The notes below the pieces were generated by a model that did no database searches, was not told the DNA's origin, and saw only the letters and a program-made list of their open reading frames with translations. From the NCBI RefSeq assembly GCF_004010195.1, contig NC_057755.1:1663306-1727305 (forward strand): a stretch of DNA of 64,000 bases. The letters run 5' to 3'. Shown here one piece after another: positions 36,660 through 50,685 of the stretch. The position numbers and the translations under genes were made by a program. Source of the DNA: Chiloscyllium plagiosum (Eukaryota). Every line of letters begins with the position of its first letter. Position 1 is the stretch's first letter.

Positions 36660-39470
36660 TCCCTCCAAAAATGACGTCACAAATCACCGCTCTCAGGAAC
36701 ACGCTGCTACCCCTCATTGACTGACGGATTGACATACATGGGGTAACAGAGACAATGAGTTGCAACAGTAGGCCATTCATCGCTTTGAGTCTGGTCCTCC
36801 AGCCTCTCCAGAAGATCTCGGCTCATTCAATTGTGAAGTCAAACCCACATTTCCGTGTGCCCCAGCCACAACCCATCCACATTCCACAATCTTAACAATA
36901 ATCTATTCATCTCCTTTCGACAACCCTAAAGGAAATGGCAAACGGACAGCTGGTAAGGGAGGAAGAGGTGACTGTAAGGGACAGTGTAAAATGGAAATAG
37001 GCTGCAGGAGTGATTAAAATGATGGACTGGTTATGAGTGATGGGTTCAGCTGGAACATTGGGTCTTGATTGAATGCCCTGTGGTTGGGTATTAAAGACTG
37101 GCAGGAGGAGTCTCTGCATTTCCCCTGCAGGAGAGGAGGAGGAGGGACAGAAATAGACCCTCCTGCACCATGATGATTGTCACACTCTTCTGTTCATCTC
37201 GCAATAAACACTTTATTACAACAAGAGGAAGGCTCTGGGTGCTGGTGATCGTCTCGGATGAGTTGGTTATTATTTCGTGAACTTTTATTTATTTTTGAGA
37301 CAGTTTCTTGAGTTCACCTCCTAGCTGCTCCCCTCAGAAGGATATTGCCTTCTCTTTCTGTGTGCCTTTGTCTCTGTCCATCCCTTCCTCTCTTTCTCTG
37401 TCTCTGTAACTCTCTCCCTATGTCTAAATTTCCTGCCGTCAGTTTCTCTCTGTGTCTCACTCTGCTTCGCTCTCTCTCTATCCCTCTCTCACTCATTTCG
37501 TGTGTCTGTCTGTCTTTCTCTCGTTCTCCTCTGTATGTCTCTCTTTATATCTTTCTCTGCCTATCTCATTATCTGTCCATATCTCTCTCTCACACACTCT
37601 GTGTCTCGTTTTCTCTCAGTGACTATATCAGACACTCGTCTTTAGTTTAGTCTATGTTCACGTTCATTGGGTCAAGTGTGTGTGTGTGTGAGAGAGAGAG
37701 TGCGTGTGTGTGTGCGTGTGTACGCAAATTTCTCTTCCAGTGTGTGAGGGTTTGTGTGAATGTCTGGTTGTGGGTATGTTTCATGCCTTTGTGGGGATGT
37801 CAGTCTGTTTATGTTGCTCAGTTTTTGTCTTTGGATATGTTCCAATGTATCCATATGTATTTTACGTATGGTGTCTGTTGCATTTCTATCTGTACATTGC
37901 ACTTTCTGCTTTTGCTTGAGTATGTTAGCGTGTCAGACGGATTTTGGGAATCTCTATGTGTCTGATTTTGAGTGCAGGTGGATTATTGCGCGAATGCAGG
38001 GTGTGTCTCTGTCCGACTGTGCTCCTGTTTAAGTGAATTCGTTGTTCTGACTGTGTTTGGCTGATGGTCTGTATGTCAACATTTTTCTCTGCATCTGGCA
38101 GGATCTCTCTGTGTCTCTGTTTGGATGTGCCTCTGCGTTTGTTTGAGCGTTGCTTAATGTCTGTGTCTAACTGTGTGTAGTTCTGTGATTGTGTGCTCAT
38201 ACGTGTGTACAGGAATGTTTCTCTAAGGTCTTGATGGTTGGTGTGCAATGTCTCTCAGCATGATTTCATTTCTATATGCGAGTGAGGGTCAGTGAGTGAG
38301 TGCGATTCAGTGTCTGTGTGTAAATGTGCTCCCATATTGCAGGACGCTTGTGTTTTTTATGTGTATACGTGCATGTGTTCCCCATCTGTTGTCCAATTGT
38401 TCCTATATCTCAGTGTAACTGTATTTCTGTGAGTATGTGAGTGTGGAGATGTGTGTGTTGATCTGTCTGCGTGTAGGTGTGTTCGCTTTTTGCAGCATTA
38501 TTGCGTTCCTCAGTGTGTCTGTGTGGGCGTGGGTACTGGTGTGTTGGTGCGTTCCCATATCTGTGTGATTATGTGTGTGTGTGGGTGTATGCGCGCGTGC
38601 ACGCCCACGTTTGGAAGTAGTGGAGGCAGTTTGGAATTGTGTTTGTTTAGGGGTGCTTTGGCTGTGGGTGTGTATATGTGTATGTGTGTTGATGGGATTG
38701 ATGGGTTCCTGTTCCTTGGTATATTCCTATGTCTCAGTGTGTTCGCGAGTGTGAATGTGTGCATGTTTTTTGTATGGGGGAATTGCGTGTGTGTGTGTGA
38801 GAGAGAGTGTGTGTGTTTATATGTGCAGGAGAGGGGTTTGTGTGTGTGTGCGTGCATGCACATTTGGACAGTTCCTGTTAATTAATATGCTCTTTTGTTT
38901 CAGTCTGACAGTATTTCTGTGTGTAGGTGTATTTTTGTGTCCTTCAGACTGTGGTTATGTCTCTCTCTCAAAATGACACTTTCATTCCTGAAAATTGCCA
39001 ATATAACTCGATAGCAGGTCACGGTGCAGAGATTGCTTTCAGTGGATCATTTCCTGAGAACCTTGAAAACATCTAAATATCAGTATCTCTGCCGCTGCAA
39101 ACCTGCATTTTGTACTGTTATTTCAGTTCAAAAACCTAAATTAAACTAATCAACACGCGTAGTGAATACTCAATGAAAAGCAGGGCACGATGATCCTCCG
39201 AGGAACGGTGAGATCTTGGGATGCACTTCCAGATGAATGAATGTGGCATGACCGTTTAGTAGTGTGGTGAAGAAGGCAAACGGGACGTATGCCTATATCA
39301 GTCTTGGTGCAGGTTATAGGAAGCCATATTGGAGCTTTCCATGACTGTGGTGAGGATACAGCTTGGTTTATGCGTGCAGTTCTAGTCAAAACATGATGGG
39401 AATACATACACTCACACAGAAACAACAAATAAGAGTGGCAGAGTTTAATATGGGAAGCAGGTGAATGTGG
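36660..39470 (+). repeat. Tandem segmental duplicate B
   Basis: Colinear with 33600-36620. Confidence 0.8.
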
Positions 39471-39605
39471 CATTCCTCTAAATTTCATCTCGACCACCTC
39501 CAAAGCCAGCACACACTTCCTTTGACATGAGGCACAAAGCTGCTAACGGTGGTATAGTGGTTAACAGTGCTGCCTCAAAGCGCCATTTTCTACCTAATAT
39601 GACTT

Positions 39606-40553
39606 TGTGAAGAGTACTCGTGAAGTGGAACGCGGGAAGGTAGGATTTGGTTGTAAAAGTTATAAGAGGATAGAGTGTGTGGTCCCTTTAAGAGGTAAAG
39701 TGCTTTTTCTCAGCTTAATGATTTACACAGAAGAATGTGGCTGTCCGCAGCTGCAGAATACAGACAGTTCTGAAATTGAACCATGCACCAATTGGCTGTG
39801 TGAATGTAAATCTAAGGTTTGTTTTGATGTAAATGCAATCACCTTGAATATTAACCAATTAATTTAAACTAAGGCGAGATAAAAAAAAACTCAATTAAAA
39901 TTAAATCTGATGTTTTTGACTATGTCGAACCATTCCACTTGTAAAGAAATTAATAGATAATCAACGGTATAAAAGATGAGGGAATTTGAAAATTGGAGTG
40001 AGCAAGCTGGCACCTGAAGAGGTAACAACTTTTAACTCTCACAGTAAACATCATTCATCTATTTAAGGTACCATGGCACTTTTAGCTAATAGTCCAGACC
40101 AAAAGAAACAGACAAATCATCCCTGACAGCAGGATCAGCCGAAGAAGGGCGTTTGTGACTTGGAATCAAAAGGTAGACTGAGAGGCAGCGGAAGCGACAA
40201 AGCATTCCAATAGACCTGCGTGAACTTTGAGAGACTAATTAATAATTTATTGTTCTCTTATTGCTTATACTTTTATAGATGGGACGTGTGTTTATTGGAA
40301 CAGCATACCAGTGGAACTTTGCTCACTTGGAGAATAGTTAGTAGTTATGGGATATTGTTCGATTTGTTTGTAATTCTGTTAATTTATACATTGTTAGATT
40401 AAATAAATAAATTGTTACTTGTTACTTATAAATTGAGTATCAGGGAATTGTTTCACTTAAACACACTTTTAACAGATTACGAGAGGCAAGGCGAGCTTCT
40501 CTGGGTGTATTGGGTTTAATTATTCAAAGGAAACTGCCACTCCCAGAAAAACA
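39606..40553 (+). mobile_element. Probable solo LTR (Gypsy-type)
   Basis: Starts tgtga and ends aca. Contains ctttaaga, taacagattac and aataaa motifs resembling the 10700-11422 LTR. No clear TSD. Confidence 0.45.
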
Positions 40554-40679
40554 GATTAGGATTTGTGGTTACGTTTACAAATCAGAGGGGGTTCGACCTT
40601 TTCCCCTTTCCAACATTCCTAACTGCCAACTGAACCTATATATTAACCTAAAGAGAATCATGGAAAGGGACTCCTGAGT

Positions 40680-41358
40680 CGCTCATGTACTTCAGGTTTT
40701 CAAGGATATAGGCTGCAATCTAATATTCTGACCCAAGTTCATAAACTCTCACTTGCATTCCATTTGACAGTTGTTTGTCCACTGTCCTAGTCTGTCCGAG
40801 TCCTTTTTCAGCCGCTGTGCTTCCTCAACACTCCCTATTGTTTGACTTTGCAGCAAGTGCAGACTTCGCAAAAATAACCTCTATCATCCGATCATTGAAT
40901 ACTTGTGATCCCAATCTAACATCTGCGGAACTCCACTAGACCACATTTGCTAACCTGAAAAAGATCCCTTTATTGTTACTCTCTGTCTTCTACCAGTTAG
41001 GTAATCCTCTATCCATGCTCGTACCTTGCCACTAATCCAGTGGGCTTTTATCTTCTTTAGCAGCCTGCTGCACCTGTGTATTACGATTTTTTGTATTCTG
41101 ATCACAGTTACGACAAGTCTACTTCTTTTGCAGTTTTGTGCAGTGTTTACTTACTTAAATAATTCTCTGGTCTTTTTATCCTACGTTCCAAAATGAGCAA
41201 CTTCATTTTTTTCCAAAGTCAAATTGACATTTTGCTTACTTAACCGATCAAAATCTTTCTCGAAATTGTCTGCATCTCTCTCTCAACTTGTCTTCCCACC
41301 TATTTTTGTCCCAACTGCAACTCTCGCTACAGGACATTTGCTTCTTACTCGGCCATTA
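40680..41358 (-). mobile_element. Old CR1 RT fragments
   Basis: Contains ggaactccactag and actctctgtcttcta motifs, the reverse complement of the QGS region of CR1 RT. Confidence 0.5.
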
Positions 41359-41368
41359 ACATACGCAG

Positions 41369-41487
41369 ATTCTGGATCAGTGGTGCTGGAAGAGCACAGC
41401 AATTCAAGCAGCATCCGTTGCTGTGCTCTTCCAGCACCACTGATCCAGAATCTGGTTTCCAGCATCTGCAGTCATTGTTTTTACCTT
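41369..41487. mobile_element. Penelope-like micro-insertion with inverted head forming a perfect 37-bp hairpin, flanked by a TSD
   Basis: Arms 41366-41402 and 41418-41454 are exact reverse complements. Flanks attaacatacgcag (41355-41368) and attcacatacgcag (41488-41501). Confidence 0.8.
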
Positions 41488-41509
41488 ATTCACATACGCA
41501 GTATTGAAT

Positions 41510-42010
41510 GTTTTACACAGTATATGTATAATATATATTATGCATTGTTGTATAGAGCTGTTTATCTGTGCATAAATATTATTATGCACTGTGGCAGACC
41601 GATTTAAGATGTACATATTATGCTGCATTAGAACCATCTGCGTTTCTTAATAAATATTGCTTTGTATGGGAACTGTTTGTTTTTAATTAGAAGTATTGTT
41701 GCGTATGGTAACTGTTCATGTTCTTATTAAAATCCTGTTTTGTTTTTTAGCTGTTCATGCTTTTTCATAAGTATTGCTGTGCCTTTCAACTGTTATGGAT
41801 TAATATAAGTATCGTCATGTATTGGAGTGGTACAAGTTAATATATGAATTATTGTATTGTGTTGTGTTTATATTCATTTAAATATTGTCATACGTTGGAA
41901 CAGTTTGTGTTTATGTGTATGTTCTGTCATGGAAATGTTCATTTTTGTAAATAAATATTGTTGTATCGTGGAGCAGTTCTTGTTGATATATAAACATTAA
42001 TTTATGTTAA
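41510..42010. repeat. Degenerate AT-rich minisatellite (unit about 39 bp, aaatattg...gaactgttt...)
   Basis: Repeated aa(a/g)tattg...ctgtt units. Remnants at about 1890-1955 and, inverted, about 56860-56980. Confidence 0.6.
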
Positions 42011-42200
42011 ATTTGTGCCTATCTCCTACTTATCAACAGTACTGTGTCTGACCATTGGATGTGAATGCTGAGCTCCTCCTGTGCTTTATAATGGACCAGC
42101 TGTTCCAACGTTTGCTGGAGGTGCAGCTGCGCAGAGCAGCATTGGTCATGTGTTAGCATTTATGGATAAGAAATAGACAGGGACACGTGATCTCTCATTA

Positions 42201-42994
42201 TATCAATGTCAGTTTGCTCGCAGGGCTGGAATGTTCATTTTCAGACGATTCGAAATCATACCAGGTAACATCATCAGTGATTATCCAGTGAAGCACTGGT
42301 GGCATGGCCCGCTTTTTATTTATGTGTTTAGGTTTCCTTGGGTTGGCGACATCATTTCCCAATGTGATGTAATTTGCTGTGGTAATGTCATTTCCTGTTC
42401 TTTTTCTCAGAGGGTGGTAAATGGGATCTAAGTCAATTTGTTTGTTGATAGAGTTCCTGCTGGAATGCCACGCATCTATGAATTCTCGCATGTGTCTCTG
42501 TTTGGCTTCTCCCTGGATGGATGTGCTGTCCAAGTCGAAGTGCTGTTTTTCTTCATTTGTATGAGAAGATACTTGTGAGAGTGGGTCATGTCGTTTTATG
42601 TCTAGTTGAGGTTCATGTATCCTGTGGCTAGTTTTCTGCCTCTTTGTCCAAAGTAGTGATTGTGACAGTTCTTGCAAGGTATTTGTAAATGACGTTGCTT
42701 ATGCCTGTTGTTTGTATAGGGTATTTAAAGTCTATGAGCAGCTGTTTCAGTCTGTTCGTAAGTATGTGGACTACCCTGATGCCATTGCTAAACCACCACA
42801 AGAAATGACGTCACCAAACCAAGCAATCCTAAACAAAAAACTGAAAAGCAGGCCATAACACCTGTGCTTCACCGGAGGCTCAATAATGATGTTACCTAGT
42901 ATGGTGCCGAAACCTCTGAAAATGAATCTTGCAACTCATTGAGCAAACTTATATGGAGAACTTCAACCTGAGCAATAAATCTTCTCAAAATTTA
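42201..42994 (-). mobile_element. Penelope-like element (family C): GIY-YIG C-terminal remnant with inverted terminal repeats and 9-bp TSD
   Basis: Minus-strand RIHEPQLDIKRHDPLS...REFIDAWHS...INKQIDLDPIY. About 42205-42359 is an inverted copy of about 42802-42955. ctctcatta at 42192-42200 and 42995-43003. Decayed ctgatga...gaaac motif in both arms. Confidence 0.85.
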
Positions 42995-43014
42995 CTCTCA
43001 TTACATATTCAGGG

Positions 43015-43460
43015 AACGATAATTGAGAGAGTGTTAAATACAGATAGAAATGGTGTTAGAGATTACAATATGTAGAGAATTCAATAGAGAATAATGTGGA
43101 GAGGATTAAAATGGCAATAATAAGGTGAGGGTTAAATGCAAAGTAACAGCGAGAAAATTAAATACAAGGGAACAAAGAGAATGGTAAATACAGGAGAAGA
43201 CAATGGAGTTCAATAAAAAGTAATAGGGAGAGGTGTAAATGGAGAGTTATAGAAAGAAGTATGAATATAGTGGAGTAGAGAAAGGGTTAAATGCAGTCAA
43301 AAATGATAGGATTAAATGCAGAGTTGACAGGATCAAATTGAGAGTAATAGTGACAGGGCTACTTAGAGAGAAGTAGGGAGAAAGTCAAATACTGATAGAG
43401 GGAGGGTAAATGTTTGTAATGGGGGCAGATTAAATGATGGCAATGGCTTTGGGAGGAGAT
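43015..43460. repeat. Purine-rich degenerate minisatellite, copy 3
   Basis: Same motifs as copies 1 and 2. Confidence 0.7.
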
Positions 43461-45379
43461 TAATAGTCAGAAAAAGCATAAGAACAGTCCTTTCAGCCTC
43501 TTAAGCCTGTTCAGTTATTCAGTGGCTGATATGTAAACTAATTTCAGATTCCTGTCTTTCAGCCTTATCACTTTAATACCTTCGCTTAACAAAATAAAAT
43601 CTATCTCACCTCTAAAGTTAACAACTCGTTCAGAATCCACTGCTGTTTGTGGAAGAGATTTCCAAACATTCACCACCCTTTCTTGCTGACGTGCTTCCGA
43701 AAATCTCCCCTGAATACAATGGATCTAATTCTCACAATATGTCCATTTGTTCTAGAATCCCCAAACAGTGGAAATAACTTATCTTTGCCTATCCTGACTT
43801 CTATTTAATACAGAAACCAGACCTAATTTGCGTAATTTCCCTACATATTTAAAACCCTAAAGTCCTGGTATCATTTTCGCAAATATATATTGTACTTCCT
43901 CAAAGGACAATACATTCTTCGTAAGTTGTAGTGTCTAGATCTGCTCACAGTATTCTAAGTGGAACCTAACCAGGATTTAGTACAGCTGAAGCATAACTCT
44001 ATGGCTTTATATGTGATTAGTGGTCGCTGACCAAGCCAGCATTTATTGCTCACCTCAGAGGGCAGTACAGAGTCAAGCACTTTACTGTGAGTTAGGAGTC
44101 ACACATCAGTTAGACCACGTGAGAATGGCAGTTTCCATCCGAAAGGACATTAACGAAAATGTTCTTATTTTCTCCTGTAAATGCTAAGGTATAAAATAAT
44201 TAATCAACGTTTTGGCTGTTTCACCATGGCCATTGACAATATCAATACACGCTTAATTTTGGTATGGACTGATTTAGTCGTTCCCTTAATTGGCCTTGTT
44301 TTTCACTAATGAGACACGGTTGACTACAATACATGGTTCATTATATTAGAATAGGTAAATACATAGATGAGTATATAACTTTTCAAAACTGGCCTTTCCC
44401 TATAATATCCTAAGTAAACTTGCAGTTCTGAAGTGTCTATGCCAGTTTAACATCTGCTTTGGGAGTAGTTGATATTCAAAAATTGTATATTACTTGATTG
44501 CAGTTCATTAAACTGGAATTGGGTCTGTTCTTCCTACTCCTAAGGTTGCTGCGTCTTGGTCCCAGAGTTCTCTGGAGTTTGTGGGATCCTTCTGATATGA
44601 GTAGCTTGTTTTAGTTCGTTATCGGGGTCATTTCTGAGTATGCTGGCTGAGCTGTAGTTTGATGAAACAAAGTAATTAATATTTTATAAATTGAGTTTCT
44701 ATTTTGGGAAGGGTGTTACAAAAGACAGTTTAGATATTATAATGCATATTTTTTCATTAAGTCAGCTCTAGGAGCCTAGTGTCTCAAAAACAGTCAGCTT
44801 TGTTGTTCCATCGGAAACTTTGTGGCAGTTTCTCATCAACAACCCAATCAATATTCATTCAAGGTGAAAAGCTTGCATATAGGTCTAGCTTCATTCAATT
44901 TGACAGTGAATGCTGCAAGCTTTCTGGCTTACTAGCTCTGTTCAACTGTCTGATTAATATCAATCCAATGTAATCAATCAAAATAATCAGTTTGTGAATT
45001 TGGGCTGACTCGCTACCACTGCCAAGATCCCCATACGAGGCACACAACGCCGCTACCGCAGACGCCACTGATACTATCTTCCTCCACAATCACAAAAAGG
45101 AAGAAAAGATAAAGATGAAGGCAAACGAGAAAAGAAGAAAGAAGATTGTGATTGGCCGAGCGATTGGCCGGTTCCTGCAACAGCCCAAAGATATGCAGCT
45201 TAGGTGAATTGGCCTTGCAAAATTGCCCAGAGTGTTCAGGGGTATGTGGATTAGGTGCATTAGTCGGGGGTAAATGTAGGGTAGAGGAATGGGTCTGATT
45301 GGGATACTCTTCAGAAGGTCAGTGTGGAATTGTTGGGCCAACTGGCCTTCTTTCACACTGCAGGGAATCCATGAATTTG

Positions 45380-46200
45380 AAATAAAATAATAATGAGAGT
45401 AACATTTGGACGAAACAAGGATAGTCGTGAGAAGTTCTGCTTGAATTCTGAGAAGATAGGAGAAGCACTAAATGAATATTTTTTCCTCAGTATTCACATT
45501 GGAGAACAACACTGTTGCTAAGGAGAATTCAGTGATATAGGCTACTGGATTAGTTGGGATTGAAGTTCTCAAAGAGCAGGTTTTAGCAATTCTCTAACGT
45601 GTGAAAATACGTAAGTCCCAGGGCCAAATCTGATTTATCCTAGGATTCTCTGGGAAGCCAGTGATGCGATTGCAGAGCCTTTGGCTTTGCTTTTTATGCC
45701 ATCATTGTTTGCAGCAATAGTGTCAGTAGACTCGAGGATATCAAACATAGTCCCCTTGCTCATGAAGAGGAGTAGAGAAAACAATGGCAATTATAGACCA
45801 GTGAGCCTTACTTCGGTTGGGGGTAAAGTGTTGGAAATGATTATAAGAGATAGAATTTATAGTCAATTTGAAGGAATAAGTTGATTGGGCATAGTCAACA
45901 CGGTTTTGTGAAGGGCATGTCCCGCCTCACAAACATTTCTAAGCTCTTTGAGAAGGTGACCAAACAGGTGGATGAGAGTAAAGAGGTTGAGGTGATGTGT
46001 ATGGATTTCAGTAAGGCGTTTGAAAAGGTTCCTCACAGTCGACTATTGCACAAAATACGGAGGCATGAGATTGAGGGCAATTTAATGGTTGGATCAGAAA
46101 TTGGTGAGCTGAAAGAAGACAGAGGGTGGCGGTTGATAGGAAATGTTCCGTTACTAATGGTGGACTGGAAGAATCTGTTTTGGGGTCACAGCAGTTTGTT
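45380..46200 (+). mobile_element. CR1 ORF2 fragment
   Basis: GNYRPVSLTSVGGKVLE, SQHGFVKG and MDFSKAFEKVPH. Confidence 0.85.
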
Positions 46201-46239
46201 AATTATGAAAATGATTGATGATCCACTAGAAGACGAAGA

Positions 46240-49200
46240 GGTGCTAGTAAGGTAAAATGCATACTCTTAAAAACTTATCTCGAGAGTCAGCAGTCTTCAT
46301 TTCACAGGAGCAGAGGGACAGGTGATAGTGCAGTCCAGCGGCCTACCGGGAATATATTTGGGCAGCAGATATCACGTGTGCTGTTTCCCACCCGCCCTCC
46401 TCATCAAACCAAAAGATGTGTTGTGGTGATAAGGTATTTTTTTTTTTCTATTTCTATTTATAGATCTGTTGTACCGGGTGATTGGCTAAAAAATTACTTT
46501 CATTTCTATTTATCTATTAAATGGTTAAATGAATGAGATCATTGCAGATCATTACTAGAAATTATTTAACTCATAGAATTGCTATCACCTCCTCTTTGCG
46601 AACCTCAATCCCACCTAATCCAGTAGCCTATATCACAGTATTCTCATGTATAAATAGTGTCGTCTTCCAGTTCGAATAGTGACGAAATTTTACTTAATTA
46701 ATTAACTAAGCAGTGGTGGCTGGGCAGGTGATGTGCTGGAGTTGCATGATGTGGGAGCTGGCTAATCCCTTTGTGAACGACAGTGATCACACATGCAACA
46801 GGTGTTGGTTGCTGAAAGCACTCCGGATCAGAGTTGATGATCTCGAATCTGACCTTCAAACACTGTGGTATCTCCAGAAGGGGAGAATTACCTAGGGGGG
46901 TAACGCTTTGTTTCAGGTGGAAGTCATACCTGGTAAATTAATGCAAATTCAGTTCGTGATCAGGAACAACAGAGTGTAATTGCAAGTGAGGCAGGTAGGG
47001 AGATCCTGAGTTCAGGAATGCAGCAGCCTCAACTTTTGCCCTTATCCAAGGTGTGAGATATTTGCTCCCAGTGTGGATGGCTGCAGAGAGGATGAGCCAA
47101 CTGACCATGACACCATGCAGAAGGCCATTAAAAAAAAGAGGAGCAAAAAGACACGTGTTAGTTCTCGGGAATTCTATAATTAGGCGTACAGATAGAATAG
47201 TACGCAAGCTGGATCAGGAGTTGTCGATAGGTTGTTGCTTTCCAGGTGTCAAGATGCAGAACATCTTTGACCGGCTTGAAAGGACTTTGGAGCGGGAGGG
47301 AGAGGATCTAGTTGTTGTGCTCCACGTTGGGACTAACAATATAGGCAAAGCTAGGATGGAGGAACTGTTAGGGGATTATAAAGCCCTAGGATTAAAATTA
47401 AGGAAGAGGTCGTTGGGGCTCATAATCTCTGGATTACTTCCCGAGCCATATGCAAATTGATTTAGGGATAAGAAATTTGGGGAAGTAAATACGTGGCGAA
47501 TGGAATGTTGTGGGAAAGAGTGATACCAATTCAAGGGACGTTGGCATCAGTTTTGCAACAGGAGAGATCTGTACTGATTGGATAGTCTCCACCTGAACCC
47601 ATCTGGAACCAGTGTTAGAGCAAGAAAGATAAAAAGGATAGTCATTAGTGCTTTAAAATTGTGAGTCAGGGGCAAGGGAAAGGGAAACCGACAGGAAGTG
47701 TGATGATAAACAAAACGGTAAGCAGCAGGTTAGCATGAATACATGAGGATTTTAGTTCAAGGCAGACTATGAAAAAAACGAAAAGGAAGGATATATCAGG
47801 AAATATTAAAGATGTTGTGAATCATGACGGTAAGATTGCTAATATAAAGGCAATTTTCCTGAATGCTTGTAGCGTTCGTAACACTTTGGATGTGTTAATG
47901 ACAACACTCATTGTAAATGAATATGCTTGGTAGCCATTACAGAAACATAGTCACGGAATGGTCATGACTGCGAGGTGAATATCCAGTTTTACCAGATTAT
48001 GCAGAAGGATGGACAAGAATGTAAGGGCGGTGATGTAGTTCTGACATTCAAGGATGGCATTATGGTGGTGCTTAGAGATAATATAGGTTCTGTGCAGACT
48101 AGAGTTGAATCCATTTGCACGAAAATTAGAAATTCTACGAAAAAAAAATCACTGATAGGGGTAGCCAGTATGCAACCAAATAAGAACATCACATTGCGTC
48201 GTGCAATAAACAAAGAAGTAACGAATGTCTATATAAATGGTACGGCTATTATCACGGGGGATTTTAATCTGGATGTAGATTAGTCGAAACTGCTCAGTCA
48301 GCGTAGCCTTGAGGGGGAGTTTGTTGAGTCTATCCGTGATAATTTTCTTGAACAGTATGGAATGGAACCGACGTGGGAACAAGCTATCCTGTATCTGGCC
48401 CTGTGTATTGAGACAGGAATAATTAATGACCTCATCGTTAGGGATCCTCTTGGGACGAGTGATCATAGAATGTTTGGATTTAGAATACAGCTGGAGAGTG
48501 CGAACACCAAATTTGATACCAGTCTCTTGTGGTTGAACAAGGGAGGCTACAATATAATGAGGGGAGTTTTGCTTCAAATGAACTGGAAATCAAGATTTAT
48601 GGTGGGACATTTGACGAGCAGAAGAGGACATCCAAAGATATTCTTTTCAAAGTTCTCAGCAACAGCAAGGAGAGGGGTAATCTGCCATGGATGTGTGAGG
48701 AAATAAGGCAGGCTATCAAAATGAAAGAGATGTCATACAATGTGGACAAAAACATGAAACTAGAAGATTGGGAAACTTTAAAGATCAACAGAAAACACAA
48801 AACAGAAAACACAAAAAGAGCTATAAAGAAAGGTAAGATCGAGTATGAGAAAAAAGCGAGCACAGCATTTCAAAGAAGATAGCAGAGGTTTCTATAAACG
48901 TATAAAACGAGAAAGAGTGACTAAAGTAAATTTTGGTTCTTTAGAGGATGATAAGGCGCATTTCGTTATGGGATATGATGAAGTGGCTGAGGCATTGAAC
49001 AGGATTTTGAAATTGATCATCACAGTGGAGGACACCCATAACATGCCAATAAGTGACGAAGAGATGAAGATAGGTGAACACCTGGAAACAATCGTGATTA
49101 TGGAAGAGCTACAGTTGGGCAATCTAATGGAGCTAAGGATAGATAACTCTCTGGCCCTCATGGAATGCATCCCACGCGTCTAAAAAAGATAGGGCGGGAG

Positions 49201-50685
49201 AAATAGCAGGTGCACTGGTGTTAACTTCCCAAAATTCGCTGAAATGTGGGGCAGTGGCAGCAGATTGGAAAACAACAAATGTGATGACACTGTTTACAAA
49301 GGGAGATAGACAAAAGATTGAGAATTACAGACCAGTCGACCTAACCTCTGCAGTGGGAAAGGTGCTTGAGTCTATTGTCAAGAAAACGTAGGGCATCTCG
49401 AAAGAAATTGTCCCGTTTGGCAGAAATAGCATGCGTTCATGAAGGGCACGTCATGCTATGCCAATACTTTGGAATTCTGCGACGACATTTCACTTAAAGT
49501 GGACAACGGGGACACAATGGATGTGGTGTACCCAGATTTCCAAAGGCCTTCGACAAGATGCCTCACACGAGGCTGTTGCATGAGATAATGACGCATGGCA
49601 TTACGGGTGAGTATTAGCATGAATAGTGAATTGATTGACGAAACGGAAGTGAAGAGTGAGGATACATGAGTGATATTCTGGCTAGAAATCAGTGACTCGT
49701 GGTGTGCCTCAGGGATCAGTGTTAGGAAAACAATTATTTACAACTTATAAAGATGATTTGCAATTTGGAACCACGTGTATGGTGTCTATGAGTGCAGATG
49801 ACATGAAGATGACTGCCTGAACAATGTTTGCAGTGGACTGTGAAACTTTGCAGAGGAACATTGATACATTGAGTGAGTGGGCAAAATTGTGGCAGATGGA
49901 ATACGATGTTAATAAGTGTAAAGTCACAAATTTTGGTCGGAGTTACAGTCACAAAGATTATTACTCGAATGGTAAAAAGTTGAAGCATGCCGTTATGCAG
50001 AGGGAAATTGGTATCCTTGTGCATGAAGATTGGTGTAAAGCTACAACAAGTAATTAGAAAGGCAAATGGAATTTTGCTCTTCATTCTAAAGGGGTTGAGT
50101 TTAAAAGCAGAGAGGCAAATATACAAGGTACTGGTGAGGCTATACCTGGAGTCCTGTGTGTAGGTTTGGTCTCCTTAATTGAGAAAGGATATACTGACTT
50201 TGAAGGGGGTGCAGAGGAGTTTCACTGGGCTGATTCCAACTTGAAGTGGTTGGTTTATGACGAGAGACTGAGTAGATTGGAATTATATTAATTGGAATTC
50301 AGAAGAATGTTGTGGGATCTTACAGAAATATATAATATATTGAAGGGAATCAATAAAATAGAAGGAGTCGGATGTTTCCACTGATAGGTGAAGCTCGGAC
50401 AAGAGGGCATAGCCTCAAGATTAGAGGGAGCAGATTTAGGACTGAATGGAGAAGAAGCTTCTTCACCCAGAGAATTGTAAATCCATGGGATTCCTTTCCC
50501 AGTGATGTAGTTGACGGTAAGTCAGTAAAAGTTTTTAAAGCTAATATGGATTAAAACAAAAAAAAAAGAATTAACTGATACAATGAGAGTGTTATTAAGT
50601 GGAGTTGAGTCCACGAATTGAGTGACAGAACAGGTGGGAAGGGCCAGATGGCCTATTCTTGCTACTAGTTCTTATGTTCCTATTT
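46240..50685 (+). mobile_element. Near full-length decayed CR1 LINE (ORF1 zinc finger plus SGNH-esterase-like domain; ORF2 EN-RT)
   Basis: CWSCMMWE...CNRCW, VLGNSIIRRTDR and LHVGTNNIG in ORF1. GGDV, GDFN, SDH, QGSV and TRGHSLKI in ORF2. Terminal ttcttatgttcctat. Many stops. Confidence 0.9.

Noticed and set aside
41510..42010. Regularly spaced repeats as a CRISPR-like array
   Set aside because: Vertebrate context, and the units are degenerate along their whole length with no constant repeat and unique spacer pattern.
46713..50554. Active or domesticated CR1 proteins
   Set aside because: ORF1 and ORF2 are fragmented by many stops and frameshifts in every copy in the window.
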